From positions 7,943-71,942 of the forward strand of contig JBGUUT010000126.1 in NCBI GenBank assembly GCA_045133795.1: a DNA stretch of 64,000 nucleotides, written 5' to 3'. This document shows positions 26,583 through 37,862 of this stretch, one piece after another; the stretch's first letter is position 1; each line of letters begins with the position of its first letter. Below the pieces are notes generated by a model. The model was not told the DNA's origin. It did not search any database and saw only the letters and a list, made by a program, of their open reading frames with translations. The DNA comes from Spirochaetota bacterium (GTDB taxonomy: Bacteria > Spirochaetota > GWE2-31-10). A program made the translations under genes and the position numbers.

Positions 26583-28745
26583 TTAAACTTTAAATTGGTC
26601 GATTTGACTGCTGATTTCATCGATAGAGTCTATTAATTTAGGAGTAATGTCATTTAATTCATTACCGGAGTCTTTTATTTTTGAAGTTTGCTCTGTTATT
26701 AATGCCATGCATTTTTGCATTTCTCCCGTAATTTCGTGAAGATGTTTTATTTCCTCAAGAATGGATTGGTTGCCTATTGACATTCTTTTGCTGGCGTTAC
26801 GAACATCTGTGGTATTGTTATTCATTGTATATAATGAATCGAATATTTGCTTTGAACCTTCGTTTTGTTCGTCCATCGATTTTCTTATACTGAGAATCAT
26901 TTCATTTGTAGAGTTTATAAGTGCGGAAACTCTTGAAAATGCTTCCATTGATTCAATTGATGCTTGTACTACATCTTTAATAGAACCGGTGATTTTGTTT
27001 AATTGCTCATTAATTCTGTTTGATTCCAATGAAGAACTTTCAGAAAGTTTTTTTATTTCATCGGCTACAACACTGAATCCTTTTCCTGATTCTCCGGCGT
27101 GAGCTGCTTCGATTGCGGCATTTATAGCAAGAAGATTTGTTTGTTGTGCGATGGTAGAAATAATAGTGTTTGCATTTTGCAAAGTTTGAGATTGTATTTC
27201 AATGTCTTTAATTTTTTGACTTACCAATTCCTGCTTTTTTATTCCGACGTTTGTATTGTTGAATAACAAAGCAAAGGAGTCAGCCATTGTGTCTATTGAT
27301 TTATCGACAGATGAAATATTTCCTATCATTTGTTCTATGGCGGAGGAGGCACGAGTAACTCCGGTTGCTTGTTTTTCTATCATGTCTTCTAAAGATTGTA
27401 TGTTTTCGGAGATTTCAGTTACGGAACTTGTAGTTGAATTAATGCTGTTTCCCTGTGTTGTAATTTGAACTTGCATATCTTCAATATCTAAAAAAAGAGA
27501 TGATATGGAACTGGTTGTGGCGGATGTATTTTCTTTCATTATTTTGCCGACATTAGTAAGATTTTCCTTTGACTCTTTTATGTCGGTAATTATATTTTGC
27601 AGTTTTTCTTCAAAGAGATTGAAACTCTGTACAACAGCACCGATTTCGTCGTCTGATGAAATTATAATACGTTTTGTAAGGTCGGCATGACCGGTTGCGA
27701 TTTCGTTAATTGCAGATTTTACAATGTTAAGCGGTCCGATAGAACGAGAAATAATAAAACCAACAATAAAAACAGAAATTAAAGTAAGGAATGTAACGTA
27801 AATTATAATGATATTTCGTACTCGGTTTATCCCTTTTTGAAAGTCATTGTAAGGGACGGAAATTATGGCAGTCCATTGAGTTTCCGGTATTTTTTGAAAA
27901 GCTAAAATATAAGCTTGATTGTCTTGAGTAAATTTAATTACACCTTTTTCTTCTGTTTTAATTTTTGAAATTTTTTCTATGTATTCTTTATTTTCAGATG
28001 CTGATGCATTTGTGAATAAATTCTCAACGTAAAAGTTTTCATAATTTGTATTATTTTCTAGATATTTTTCAGAGGCAACAATTGTTCCCGGAGAGTGAAA
28101 TTCAGAAAATGCTTCATTTTTTCCGCCGATACCGTCTTGTAAAGTTATTAAAAATGCGGAACGATTGTCACCGGCTTTATGATTTATGGCAAGTTGGCTT
28201 AATTGCAGACCGTCGATTACACAAAAAAGCACGTTTACAACTTTATTATTTTCGTCAAAGACGGGAACTGAATAAAATATCGCAGGGGCATTTGTAACTT
28301 TGTTGATAAAAGGGTCGCTTACGAATCTTTTTCCGGTTGTATATGGATGTTGAAAATATTTTCTTTCGGTAAAAGGAATTTTCTTTACACCGTTGTTTAT
28401 CCATGCAAAACCTTTTGTATCAAGAATGCATACGTCAATGTAATCTTTATTGCTATACATTGCTTCATAAATAGTATGAGTTTTTTCCAACAAATCAATA
28501 TTAGAATTTCTTATTTCCGGTAAAGCGGCAAGAGTCTCTAACATTTTAAACTCTCGTTCATTTTTCGCTTTTATAGTATCAACTGTTGCATGAACGGATT
28601 CTATAAGAGCATTTGTCATTTCTTCTTCAAGGCTGTGTTTGGCACTTCTTATAGAAATTAATGCAATAGAAGCAAAAGACAATATCATGATAATTAAAAC
28701 TATAAGACCGATTTTTAATTTTAAGCTTTTCATTGATTTCTCCAT
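26583..28745 (-). CDS. Methyl-accepting chemotaxis protein (periplasmic Cache-like sensor, HAMP, MA domain)
   Basis: Two TM helices flank a roughly 280-aa periplasmic domain. A HAMP domain and the conserved methyl-accepting hairpin ([29 protein letters not shown]) follow. Confidence 0.85.
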   Translation of the reverse strand: MEKSMKSLKLKIGLIVLIIMILSFASIALISIRSAKHSLEEEMTNALIESVHATVDTIKAKNEREFKMLETLAALPEIRNSNIDLLEKTHTIYEAMYSNKDYIDVCILDTKGFAWINNGVKKIPFTERKYFQHPYTTGKRFVSDPFINKVTNAPAIFYSVPVFDENNKVVNVLFCVIDGLQLSQLAINHKAGDNRSAFLITLQDGIGGKNEAFSEFHSPGTIVASEKYLENNTNYENFYVENLFTNASASENKEYIEKISKIKTEEKGVIKFTQDNQAYILAFQKIPETQWTAIISVPYNDFQKGINRVRNIIIIYVTFLTLISVFIVGFIISRSIGPLNIVKSAINEIATGHADLTKRIIISSDDEIGAVVQSFNLFEEKLQNIITDIKESKENLTNVGKIMKENTSATTSSISSLFLDIEDMQVQITTQGNSINSTTSSVTEISENIQSLEDMIEKQATGVTRASSAIEQMIGNISSVDKSIDTMADSFALLFNNTNVGIKKQELVSQKIKDIEIQSQTLQNANTIISTIAQQTNLLAINAAIEAAHAGESGKGFSVVADEIKKLSESSSLESNRINEQLNKITGSIKDVVQASIESMEAFSRVSALINSTNEMILSIRKSMDEQNEGSKQIFDSLYTMNNNTTDVRNASKRMSIGNQSILEEIKHLHEITGEMQKCMALITEQTSKIKDSGNELNDITPKLIDSIDEISSQIDQFKV

Positions 28746-28814
28746 TCTGATAAGAAAAAAATTAACAAATTATTATACTTTTATAAATGTATTAATGTAA
28801 ATAAAATATCGTTA

Positions 28815-28859
28815 ATAAAAAAAATAGCAGATTAATTAAGAAATTAATCTGCTATTTTT
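28815..28859 (-). terminator. Rho-independent terminator after lgt
   Basis: Perfect 17-bp stem AAAATAGCAGATTAATT/AATTAATCTGCTATTTT with a T-run on the minus strand. Confidence 0.7.
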
Positions 28860-28868
28860 ATTCAAAAT

Positions 28869-29942
28869 TTATTTAGTTTTTGTTTTTTCCTTATTAATAC
28901 AAGGTAAATCTTTGGGCTTGTAGAGATATTTAATAAATAGAGCCAATAAAATCCCGGATGCAAACATCAAAAATGAAAGTATTTGTCCCATAGAGAATAT
29001 TCCGGCAACAGTTCCGATATATTTACCTGATGAAAAATCGGCAAATTGGTAATCCGGTTGTCGGAAAAATTCAACGATAAAACGTGCGATGGCATAACCG
29101 CAAATATAAAATGTACCTTGATAACCTTGTAACGGTTTGTATTTTCTTGTGATAAACCACATAACAAGGAACAAAAGAATTCCTTCTAAAAATATTTCAT
29201 AAATTTGTGAAGGGTGACGCGGAAGATTAATAGCGGTTACAACGGAATTATTTAACATCATTTTTCCGACAAGACCGTTTATTGTATCTCCGGCAGCCGT
29301 TGTGATAATTCCTGTGGTTTCATTTACTTGCCATTGTAATTTTTCCAAAACTTTTTGTACGTCCGGTAAACTCAAAGGCAGTTTTTCGGCATCCGGAAAA
29401 ATCATTCCTATCGGATTTGCGGTTATTCTTCCGTAAAGTTCGGCATTAATAAAATTCCCCAAACGTCCGAATGCGTATCCTAACGCTGTTGACGGGAAAA
29501 TTACGTCGATGGCTTCACGCCAGTCTATCTTTTTGATAGTAGCGTATGTTGCCAATGAAACAAATATTCCGATTACGGCTCCGTGATATGCCATTCCGGC
29601 AAAACCGGTGAATTGTCCGCGTGAATTTATCGGAATCAAAATTTCTGTCAAATGTCTTGAGAAATACGGCCAATCGTAAACTAAGCAGTAGAATATTCTC
29701 CCGCCTAATATTAATCCGATTACTCCTATAAAAAACATGTTATCCAGTCTTTCATCATTGAGAGTTTTCAGTTTGTCTTTGTAGTAACGAATTTGATAAT
29801 GTGCCAGAACTAAGAAAATAAGAAGTCCGACGATATACATAACTCCGTACCAGCGAATAACACCTAAAAATGATAATGCCGGCGGAAAGTTTACTCCGGC
29901 AAAAACTTCGGGTTTGAGCCAGGATGGAAAATAATTTGGCAT
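28869..29942 (-). CDS. lgt: Prolipoprotein diacylglyceryl transferase
   Basis: Lgt signature region HPSQIYE, the G-rich motif and a polytopic membrane topology. It is longer than typical Lgt. Confidence 0.8.
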   Translation of the reverse strand: MPNYFPSWLKPEVFAGVNFPPALSFLGVIRWYGVMYIVGLLIFLVLAHYQIRYYKDKLKTLNDERLDNMFFIGVIGLILGGRIFYCLVYDWPYFSRHLTEILIPINSRGQFTGFAGMAYHGAVIGIFVSLATYATIKKIDWREAIDVIFPSTALGYAFGRLGNFINAELYGRITANPIGMIFPDAEKLPLSLPDVQKVLEKLQWQVNETTGIITTAAGDTINGLVGKMMLNNSVVTAINLPRHPSQIYEIFLEGILLFLVMWFITRKYKPLQGYQGTFYICGYAIARFIVEFFRQPDYQFADFSSGKYIGTVAGIFSMGQILSFLMFASGILLALFIKYLYKPKDLPCINKEKTKTK

Positions 29943-30102
29943 GTTGTCCTCTTTTAAAAATTAAAAATTTTGTTTGAAGTATCATTACTAATGAAAAAAA
30001 TCAATATAAATACAAAATTAGACAAGCTAAAATACTTGCTTAAAAGCTATTTTAATTCTAATATGCACAAATTTTTTCTAGTTTACATTATAGAAAGATT
30101 TT

Positions 30103-31359
30103 ATGGAGGAAAGCGTGAAAATTTGGATAAAAATGCTTATTGCAATGATTTTTGGAGTTGTTCTGGCAATATTTTTACCGGCAGATAATGCTTCATTTAA
30201 AACAATATTACCGTTGTTGTCGAAAATCTCGTTAAATATATTGTTATATTTTGCAGTGTTGCATACTTTTGTAAAATTTTATGTCGGTATTGTTAATTTG
30301 AAGCAAAAGAAGTTAACTGTCAGAAAATCATTAATTGTTTTCTTTTTATGTGTATTGGCATCTTTAGGATTTACGGCTGCAATATCGGTTTTTGCGATGA
30401 ATATTTTTTCATCACCTCAAGAATCGTTTTTTAATTTTAATCAACATTCTTCTTATAAAATGCAGTTGTTTACGTTTTCAGATTTGCTTTTGAATATTTT
30501 TCCGGATAATGCAGCAACCATTCTTACAAAAAGTACTTCTTTTTTATTTCCGTTGTTAGTTTTAGCATTAATATTGGCTTTAGGTTCATTAAAGAACGGA
30601 AAAAAAGCAGAACCGTTTTATGATATTATGAATTCTTTAGGCGGCATTCTTGATACGATTGAATTTTATGTATTAGAATTTGCTCCGATATTTTCATTTT
30701 TTATTATTGCAGCTTTTATTCGTTACGGATTTTCGGACGTTTCGAATATTGCGATAATTCTTCGTCCTATCGGAATAATTGTTGTGGTATGTATGGTAAC
30801 TCTTGCGGTTATTTCCGTTTTCTTTCATGTATTTTTTAAAATTAATCCGACATATTATTATCGAAATATTTTAGGTGCAGCTCTTGTCGGTGCTGCTACC
30901 GGAAATGTTATTTCGACAATCGTTCCGTTAAATTTGCATTTGAAACGTAATGTAAAATTGAATCATGATATTGTTGATATTTTGGTTCCTATGGGAAGTA
31001 TTTTGAATCAAACCGGAACGGTAATTGTATCTACGGTAGTTTTAATGTCCATAATTGTAGGTTATTCTTTAAATATTCTCACATTGGAATTGCAGTTTTC
31101 TATTTTTATGTTGGTGATTTTATTTTCTTTCAGACTGGACGGAAGTACAGAATTTACTTTCCTTGTCTTGATAGCAATGATATTTAAAGTTCCGAGTTTA
31201 CATTTGGAAGAATCAAGTTATTTGTTGTTTATAGGGTTAGCTCCTTTGTTTTCACGTATTGCCGTATTTATAAATGTTTTTACCAGCGGAATTTATACAT
31301 TGATGGCTGCACGTTATGTGTCCGGTATACAGCCGATGGAAAATCAAGATTTAATTTAA
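30103..31359 (+). CDS. Polytopic membrane protein, possibly a divergent cation symporter (SDF/DAACS-like)
   Basis: About 10 TM segments. The N-terminal region is loosely reminiscent of sodium:dicarboxylate symporters. Confidence 0.35.
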   Translation: MEESVKIWIKMLIAMIFGVVLAIFLPADNASFKTILPLLSKISLNILLYFAVLHTFVKFYVGIVNLKQKKLTVRKSLIVFFLCVLASLGFTAAISVFAMNIFSSPQESFFNFNQHSSYKMQLFTFSDLLLNIFPDNAATILTKSTSFLFPLLVLALILALGSLKNGKKAEPFYDIMNSLGGILDTIEFYVLEFAPIFSFFIIAAFIRYGFSDVSNIAIILRPIGIIVVVCMVTLAVISVFFHVFFKINPTYYYRNILGAALVGAATGNVISTIVPLNLHLKRNVKLNHDIVDILVPMGSILNQTGTVIVSTVVLMSIIVGYSLNILTLELQFSIFMLVILFSFRLDGSTEFTFLVLIAMIFKVPSLHLEESSYLLFIGLAPLFSRIAVFINVFTSGIYTLMAARYVSGIQPMENQDLI

Positions 31360-31376
31360 AATCAAGGATTTGATAA

Positions 31377-32138
31377 ATGATTGAAAAAAGTTATCAGACA
31401 GTAGACGGCCGTGTAATTTCTTATTGTGATAATGAAGCATTTGATAAAAAAACTGTTGTATTTCTTCATGGTTGGGGGTGCGATAAGGAAAATCTTCGTG
31501 GGATTTATTTGTTATTATGTGAAGATTTTCGTGTTATTTCAATAGATTTACCGGGATTCGGGAAGAGTAACCGGCCGGCGGAAACTTGGGGCAGTAGTGA
31601 TTATGCAAAAGACATTGCTGGCTTTTTGAAAAGTTGCGGAATAGAAAAATATAGTTTGTTCGGACATTCTTTTGGTGGCAAGATCGCTTTTCTTATTGCT
31701 TATTTATATCCACAAAATGTGGAAAGATTGGTTTTAATGGCTGCAAATGTTTTGCGTAATCGTCACGGTTTGGCGTGGTATTGGAAAGTTTGGACTTACA
31801 AGCTGATGAAAAAAGTTATGAGTATTTTTTATTCTCGTGAGAAAATTGAAGAGTGGAAAAAAAGATTTGGTTCTGAAGATTATAAAATGTCAGAAGGTAT
31901 GCGTGATATTTTAGTCAAAGAAGTCAATGAAGATTTTTCATCTTTGTTGTCGAAAGTGAATATTCCGGTTTTTTTATATTGGGGAAAAAAAGATACAGCA
32001 ACTCCGCTTTGGATGGCAAAGAAAATAAATCGCAATTTATCAGATTGCGGAATGTTTGTAGTTGATAACGGAACTCATTATCCTTTTTTGCAGGATATGA
32101 GGATTGTTTCGATAATAAAAACTTTTATTTTGAATTGA
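31377..32138 (+). CDS. Alpha/beta hydrolase
   Basis: VVFLHGWG, the nucleophile elbow GHSFGG and a C-terminal His. Confidence 0.7.
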   Translation: MIEKSYQTVDGRVISYCDNEAFDKKTVVFLHGWGCDKENLRGIYLLLCEDFRVISIDLPGFGKSNRPAETWGSSDYAKDIAGFLKSCGIEKYSLFGHSFGGKIAFLIAYLYPQNVERLVLMAANVLRNRHGLAWYWKVWTYKLMKKVMSIFYSREKIEEWKKRFGSEDYKMSEGMRDILVKEVNEDFSSLLSKVNIPVFLYWGKKDTATPLWMAKKINRNLSDCGMFVVDNGTHYPFLQDMRIVSIIKTFILN

Positions 32139-32145
32139 GGGATTT

Positions 32146-33828
32146 ATGTTTACGCTGATGTTTGTTTTTTTCTTGGCGGGTTTGTGTTTTGTCAAGATTA
32201 TTATTCAAGGTATTTATTTGATTCATAAATTACAACAAGTAGGGTATAGCAATGCCAAAATGTTGACGTGGTTGGAAGGTGCGGTTTATAGAAAAGTTTT
32301 GGTTTGGAACTTGTTCGAATTGTTTATTCCGTTATTGGTAATTTTGATATTTTATTTTGTAACTAAAGGTCAATTATCTCTATATAAATGGATTACTTCT
32401 ATTGTAATGGTAAGTGTTTTTATGTGGAAAATTATTCACCCTTTTATTGCCGGGTGGATGGGGCCGAGAGCTAATTACAAGAAGCCTTTGGTTTATACGG
32501 CTCGTGTAAAACGTCTAATGTTTACATTGTGTCTTTTGGTGTTTATAATATTATTGCTTACTTTTTCATCGGTAATTTACCCTATAGAGAGTTTTTCTCT
32601 CAGTTCTTGGAACTTTTTACGTTACAATGCGTTTATTTTGCTTTACAGTGTTTTAACTCCTATTTTTATATTAATTGCTAATTTATTAAATGCTCCGGCA
32701 GAAATGCTTGTTCGTCATATCTATTTTGTAAAAGCTAAAAATAAACTTAAAAAATCGCAAATTGATTCTATCGGTATAACCGGAAGTTTTGGGAAAACGT
32801 CGACAAAATTTTTTTTGGCAAGCATACTGAATTCTAAATACAAAACGCTAACAACGCCCTCATCTTTTAATACACCTATGGGAATTTCTAAAGTGTTAAA
32901 CGGGGAGGATTTAAATGATTATAAATATTTTACGGCAGAAATGGGAGCGGATCATGTCGGTGATATAAAAGAACTTTGTAATTTAGTTCAGCCTAAAGCC
33001 GGAATTATTACGGCCGTAGGAATTCAACACCTTGAGACATTTGGAACTCCTGAAAATATTTTAAAGACAAAATTAGAGCTTTTTGACGCAATTCCGGATG
33101 AAGGCTTCGGTATTTATAATTATGATTGTACTATGTTGCGTAACGAAATTGCGGAGCGTTCTTATAATTTCCCTTTATATACGTACAGTGTTGAACCGCA
33201 AAATTTTTCGAGTGTTGATTTGTATGCCAAAGATATTATTCAAAGCCGTGAAGGTTTGTCTTTTTTGGCAATTTTTAAGGACGGCAGAGAATTAAAAATA
33301 AAAACCGGTTTATTAGGACGTCATAATGTACAAAATCTTTTAGCAGTGATTTTGGCAGCGTGGAAAAGCGGATTAAGTGATAAAGAAATAGAGTTTGGAA
33401 TGAGAAATATTGAAGCTGTGGAACATCGTCTAAAACGTATAGATTCCGGTAGCGGTGTTTTAGTTTTAGATGATGCTTTTAATTCGAATTATAACGGTGC
33501 GATTGAAGCTGTAAATGTATTAAATGAAATCGGAGAACATAAAAAGATAATTGTTACACCCGGATTCGTAGAATTGGGCGAAATGGAAGAAGAACAAAAT
33601 CGAAAGTTCGGTAATTATATGGCATCAAAAATTGATTATGCAATTCTTGTCGGAGGGGGAAAAAGTATGTCTATCCGTGACGGACTTTTGGATAACGGTT
33701 TTATTTATGACCATATTTTTTATGTAAACAGCTTATCTGAGGCTCAGGAAGTTTTGGCTAAGATATTGAGTTTTGGTGATGTTGTTTTATTTGAAAATGA
33801 TTTGCCGGATGTCTATTCTGGTAAATAG
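32146..33828 (+). CDS. Mur ligase family protein (MurF-like central and C-terminal domains) fused to an N-terminal roughly 200-aa polytopic membrane domain
   Basis: ITGSFGKTSTK P-loop, DDAFNSN, and 5-6 predicted TM helices in residues 1-190. Confidence 0.6.
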   Translation: MFTLMFVFFLAGLCFVKIIIQGIYLIHKLQQVGYSNAKMLTWLEGAVYRKVLVWNLFELFIPLLVILIFYFVTKGQLSLYKWITSIVMVSVFMWKIIHPFIAGWMGPRANYKKPLVYTARVKRLMFTLCLLVFIILLLTFSSVIYPIESFSLSSWNFLRYNAFILLYSVLTPIFILIANLLNAPAEMLVRHIYFVKAKNKLKKSQIDSIGITGSFGKTSTKFFLASILNSKYKTLTTPSSFNTPMGISKVLNGEDLNDYKYFTAEMGADHVGDIKELCNLVQPKAGIITAVGIQHLETFGTPENILKTKLELFDAIPDEGFGIYNYDCTMLRNEIAERSYNFPLYTYSVEPQNFSSVDLYAKDIIQSREGLSFLAIFKDGRELKIKTGLLGRHNVQNLLAVILAAWKSGLSDKEIEFGMRNIEAVEHRLKRIDSGSGVLVLDDAFNSNYNGAIEAVNVLNEIGEHKKIIVTPGFVELGEMEEEQNRKFGNYMASKIDYAILVGGGKSMSIRDGLLDNGFIYDHIFYVNSLSEAQEVLAKILSFGDVVLFENDLPDVYSGK

Positions 33829-33918
33829 AATTTTTTCAGTGAAGAAAATAGGGTATTTTATGAGTAAAAAATATTTTTTATTCATAAAATAAAAAAAAAC
33901 TATTTTTTAGAAAAATAA

Positions 33919-33946
33919 TTGACACGGGATTTTTATAGAGTATTAT
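33919..33946 (+). promoter_or_regulatory. Sigma70-type promoter (TTGACA-N16-TATTAT) upstream of the ABC transporter operon
   Basis: The hexamers are read directly, about 40 bp upstream of the RBS AAGGAG. Confidence 0.4.
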
Positions 33947-33985
33947 AGATATGTTTTTAATACTTTATTAATTAAGGAGAAAAGA

Positions 33986-35206
33986 ATGCGAAGATTAGGA
34001 ATCTTGTTTGTTACAGCCCTAATGACTCTATTGACTATAGTTCCTTCTTTTGGTGCTAGAAAGAAAATAGAAGTTTGGTGTACAGACAAAGAAGTTGCAG
34101 GGCTTGAACCTGTAGCGAGAGAATTCAAAAAGAAGAACAAGGTTGAAGTTGAAATCGTTGTTCAAGCAGAAGTTCGTTCTAAGTACAAACAAGCTGCTAT
34201 TGCAAAAACAGGACCAGACATTGTTGTTGGTGCTCACGACTGGGTTGGTGAGTTGGCAAAAAATGGTGTTATTGGTGAAATTAACCTTTCTAAAAATGAT
34301 AAGGAAAAATATTTCCCTGTAGCAGTAGAAGGTTTTACTTACAACGGAAAAATGTACGGTGTTCCTTATTGTGTAGAAGCAGAAATTTTATTCTATAACA
34401 AGAAATTAATTTCTACTCCTCCTGCAACATGGGAAGAATTGTTGGAAACAGCAAAAAAAATGACTGACGGAAATGGAAAATATGGATTCCTTTACGGAAT
34501 TGATAACAATTTCTATAATAACTTCCCATTTATCGGTTCTCAAGGTGGATATATCTTCAAATGGGAACAAGATAAAGGTCGTTTTGATATCTTAGATGTT
34601 GGTTTGGATACTCCGGGCTCTATCGATGCTTGTAACTTCATTTACAAACTTGTTCAAGAAGGTGTTGTTCCACCATCAACAAACAACGGTGTTGTAATTT
34701 CTAGCTTCAAAGACGGTAAAGCTGCTATGGTTATGGATGGTCCTTGGAATACTAAAGACTATGTAGATAACATGGGTGCTGATGTTGTAGGTGTTTCTAA
34801 ACTTCCTACATTGAACGGAAAGAAAACTGTTCCTTTTGTTGGAGCAAGAGGTTTTATGTTGAACAGTGCTTCTAAAGTTCAGGCTGATGCTCTTAGCTTT
34901 ATGATTAGTTTTGCTGGAGATGAAAAAGGACAAGTTGCTATGTTTAAAGCAGGCGGAAGACCACCTGCACACGTAAAAGCATGTGAAGAAGCTAAAAAAT
35001 TAGACCCTAGCGTTGGTGTTGTTATTGAGTCTGTAATGGACGGTGTTCCAATGCCAAACGTTAAAGCTATGGCAGTTATTTTCAATTATGCTGCTGGTAT
35101 GATTGACAAATTCAAAACTGGTGAACAATCAGTAGAAAATGCAGTTAAAACTGCTGTAAGTACTATCAGAGGAGAACTTTCTGATAAACAAGCTAGATAT
35201 GAATAA
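33986..35206 (+). CDS. ABC transporter substrate-binding protein, MalE-like (maltose/maltodextrin family)
   Basis: Signal peptide, and KIEVWCTDKE...GAHDWVGELAKNGV matches the MalE N-terminus. Confidence 0.8.
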   Translation: MRRLGILFVTALMTLLTIVPSFGARKKIEVWCTDKEVAGLEPVAREFKKKNKVEVEIVVQAEVRSKYKQAAIAKTGPDIVVGAHDWVGELAKNGVIGEINLSKNDKEKYFPVAVEGFTYNGKMYGVPYCVEAEILFYNKKLISTPPATWEELLETAKKMTDGNGKYGFLYGIDNNFYNNFPFIGSQGGYIFKWEQDKGRFDILDVGLDTPGSIDACNFIYKLVQEGVVPPSTNNGVVISSFKDGKAAMVMDGPWNTKDYVDNMGADVVGVSKLPTLNGKKTVPFVGARGFMLNSASKVQADALSFMISFAGDEKGQVAMFKAGGRPPAHVKACEEAKKLDPSVGVVIESVMDGVPMPNVKAMAVIFNYAAGMIDKFKTGEQSVENAVKTAVSTIRGELSDKQARYE

Positions 35207-35220
35207 TATCTGATGTTAAT

Positions 35221-35257
35221 GGTGTAAGTTTCTTTTAGAGGCTTACACCTCTTTTTT
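35221..35257 (+). terminator. Rho-independent terminator
   Basis: Stem GGTGTAAG/CTTACACC followed by a T-run. The downstream permease genes are therefore probably transcribed separately or by read-through. Confidence 0.5.
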
Positions 35258-35348
35258 GTATATAAATACTTTTTTATATACTTGAACGTTTTTTATTGGT
35301 TTAAAATTAGAAAATAATTATTAACTAAATATAAATGAGGAATATATA

Positions 35349-37862
35349 ATGAATGGTGAAAAAGATAAGTTTGCACCAGAGAATAAGCCTAAGGATAGTC
35401 CTTTAGGGAAAATCATTGCGACATTGATTGTTGGCGGGATTACACTTTTTCTCTGTATATCTCTTTTCGGTAAGTTCGGAAAGCTATTAATTCCTACACT
35501 TGTTCTTGTAGCAGGTGGGTTCCTTCTTCTTACAGTTTGGCTGAAAAGTTTGTATATTTATAGATACTTATATTCAGCAATGATTATTATCAGTATATTT
35601 ACGCTTTATCCAATATTTTATACAATATTTATTGCGTTTACTAATTACGGTACCGGTCATTTATTAGTAAAAGAAAGTGCTAAGGAAGAATTGTTAAACA
35701 GTAAATGGCATGTATATGAAGATGAAGAACCTTTGTATGCCGAATTCTTTATATCTGAACAATATGTAACAGATGTTAATGAAAAATGGAAAGCTGAGTA
35801 TGACAAGTATCAAAAAGCACTTGAAAATGCAGGCAGTGAATCTAAAGAAGAAAAGATTGAAGATGATTGGAGTAGAAAAGAAATCGAAGTAGTTAACAGC
35901 TGTTTCGAAAGCTTGAAATTATCTGATGTTGTTGCATTCTTTTTTGAAACAGAAGAAATTGAAGTTGGAGCAGATGCTCTTCCTTTGGAAGCTAGCGTAA
36001 GTTCTGATGCAAGCAATGATACGGTTGCATTTCCTAAAGTTTATCAAGCGAAGTATTTCAAAGAAGGACATGACGAGGGATTCCGTTTAGAACCTGTAGC
36101 TTTTGATAAGTTAAGTGAACTGACAAAAGGTATGTATTTGGTTAATGAACAAGTAAGAGTTAATCCTGAAGCAGATGATGATTATGATTATGATGATGAA
36201 TCTTATGCAGTTGCATTAAATGATATCGCTGTATTAAAATTAGCATTAGAAAAACTTCCTTTTATGTTATACGATGAAACAAGTGATGTAGAAAAGAAAT
36301 TCTTAAACAGTAGAACTAATGAGTTCATGAGAAAAGAAAAACTTTTCACAGAAAAAGAAGATGGTAATGTTTATCGATTAACAGAACTTGGAAACGGTAA
36401 ATTTGGTTATGAAACTCGTGTTTGGGAAGAAAATAAAAACGGTGTTTTTGTTGTTACTGAAGACGGAAATAAACCAACTTTCTGGAAAGAATATGAATTA
36501 CCGGCATTGGAATATGTTTATTCAATGTTCAAGTTGTCTAGCAATAAGGAAGTAGAAAAATTCTTAGAAAGTAATTTTTCTAAATTTGCTTTAGACCAAG
36601 ATTATGTGCCTTCTTTTGAAAAAATCAAAGGGGTGAAAAAAACTGAAGTTTCTGAGGCTGATTTAGTTCCTGTTTTTGATGAAATTAAAGCGGTTAATAA
36701 AAAAATCAAAGAATTTAATCGTGAAATCCCATTGATGAAAAAGGCTTTTATTGAACAAAAAAGTCAGGAAATTGCCAGACTTAATAAAGAAGCCGAAGGT
36801 GAAATGGCTAAAAAAAGAGATGAAATTGCTTCTTTAAAAAATAAGATTAAAGATTTGAAAAAGCAATCTTTGAGTAAAGCAGATCATCCGTATTTAGTAG
36901 TTGAACAAATTACTGAAAATAATAAAAAGATTAAAATCTTAAGTAATGAAATTCGTCGTTTAAAAATAGACCACGAAGGTCGTTTAGTTCAGTTGAAATC
37001 AGTGGATTTCCCAAAATTAAAGAATGTAAAACTTAAATTTGAAGAAAATTCAAATATTGAGTCTGTTCTTGAACCGGGATATATGGTTACTGTTGCGTTG
37101 AAAAACTTTACTAAGATTTTTACGACAAGAAATATTACTTCTCCGTTCTTACGTGTATTTATTTGGACAGTTTTGTGGTCATTGTTCTCTGTATTATCTT
37201 CATTTGCAGCCGGTTTGGCATTGGCATTGGTATTAAATGCCGGAGATTTGAAAGGACGATATTTCTACAGAACATTGTTTATTTTACCGTATGCAATCCC
37301 TTCATTTATAACAATCTTAATGTGGGGAGGATTCTTAAATGAAGATTTTGGTATCATAAACCTTGCAACTGGCGTTACAATTCCATGGTTAAGTGACCCT
37401 AACGGAATTTTGCCTAAAGTAAGCTGTGTTGTTGTAAACTTATGGTTAAGTTTCCCTTATCAGATGATTATAAGCTTGGGTGCATTACAGTCAATTGATG
37501 CTAGTATGTATGAAGCTGCAGATGTTGATGGTGCAACAAAAGCACAACAATTCTGGAAAATTACATTGCCGTTATTGTTAGTTACTTTAGGACCAATGTT
37601 GGTTGGATCATTTGCGTTTGCATTTAACAACTTTGGTGGTATCTTCCTTTTAACAGGTGGTGGTCCGGTTATGGATCCGGGTGTTCTTCCGGGACAAACA
37701 GATATTTTGATTTCTTATACATATAAACTGGCATTTGGTGCTAATGAAACAGATTATGGTTTAGCTTCTGCTATTGGTATTATCGTATTCTTCATCATTG
37801 GTACTATTACATTCTTACAGTTCAAGTATACAGGAGCTTTCAAGGAGGTAGACAATGCTTAA
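35349..37862 (+). CDS. ABC sugar permease, MalF-like, with a roughly 490-aa periplasmic insertion
   Basis: Three N-terminal TM helices, a large coiled-coil-rich soluble domain, then the core permease with the EAA-like region (YEAADVDGATKAQQFWKITLP). Confidence 0.75.
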   Translation: MNGEKDKFAPENKPKDSPLGKIIATLIVGGITLFLCISLFGKFGKLLIPTLVLVAGGFLLLTVWLKSLYIYRYLYSAMIIISIFTLYPIFYTIFIAFTNYGTGHLLVKESAKEELLNSKWHVYEDEEPLYAEFFISEQYVTDVNEKWKAEYDKYQKALENAGSESKEEKIEDDWSRKEIEVVNSCFESLKLSDVVAFFFETEEIEVGADALPLEASVSSDASNDTVAFPKVYQAKYFKEGHDEGFRLEPVAFDKLSELTKGMYLVNEQVRVNPEADDDYDYDDESYAVALNDIAVLKLALEKLPFMLYDETSDVEKKFLNSRTNEFMRKEKLFTEKEDGNVYRLTELGNGKFGYETRVWEENKNGVFVVTEDGNKPTFWKEYELPALEYVYSMFKLSSNKEVEKFLESNFSKFALDQDYVPSFEKIKGVKKTEVSEADLVPVFDEIKAVNKKIKEFNREIPLMKKAFIEQKSQEIARLNKEAEGEMAKKRDEIASLKNKIKDLKKQSLSKADHPYLVVEQITENNKKIKILSNEIRRLKIDHEGRLVQLKSVDFPKLKNVKLKFEENSNIESVLEPGYMVTVALKNFTKIFTTRNITSPFLRVFIWTVLWSLFSVLSSFAAGLALALVLNAGDLKGRYFYRTLFILPYAIPSFITILMWGGFLNEDFGIINLATGVTIPWLSDPNGILPKVSCVVVNLWLSFPYQMIISLGALQSIDASMYEAADVDGATKAQQFWKITLPLLLVTLGPMLVGSFAFAFNNFGGIFLLTGGGPVMDPGVLPGQTDILISYTYKLAFGANETDYGLASAIGIIVFFIIGTITFLQFKYTGAFKEVDNA

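Noticed and set aside
26761-28297. Plus-strand ORFs (61-113 aa) within the chemoreceptor gene
   Set aside because: Antisense shadows of the 720-aa MCP gene.
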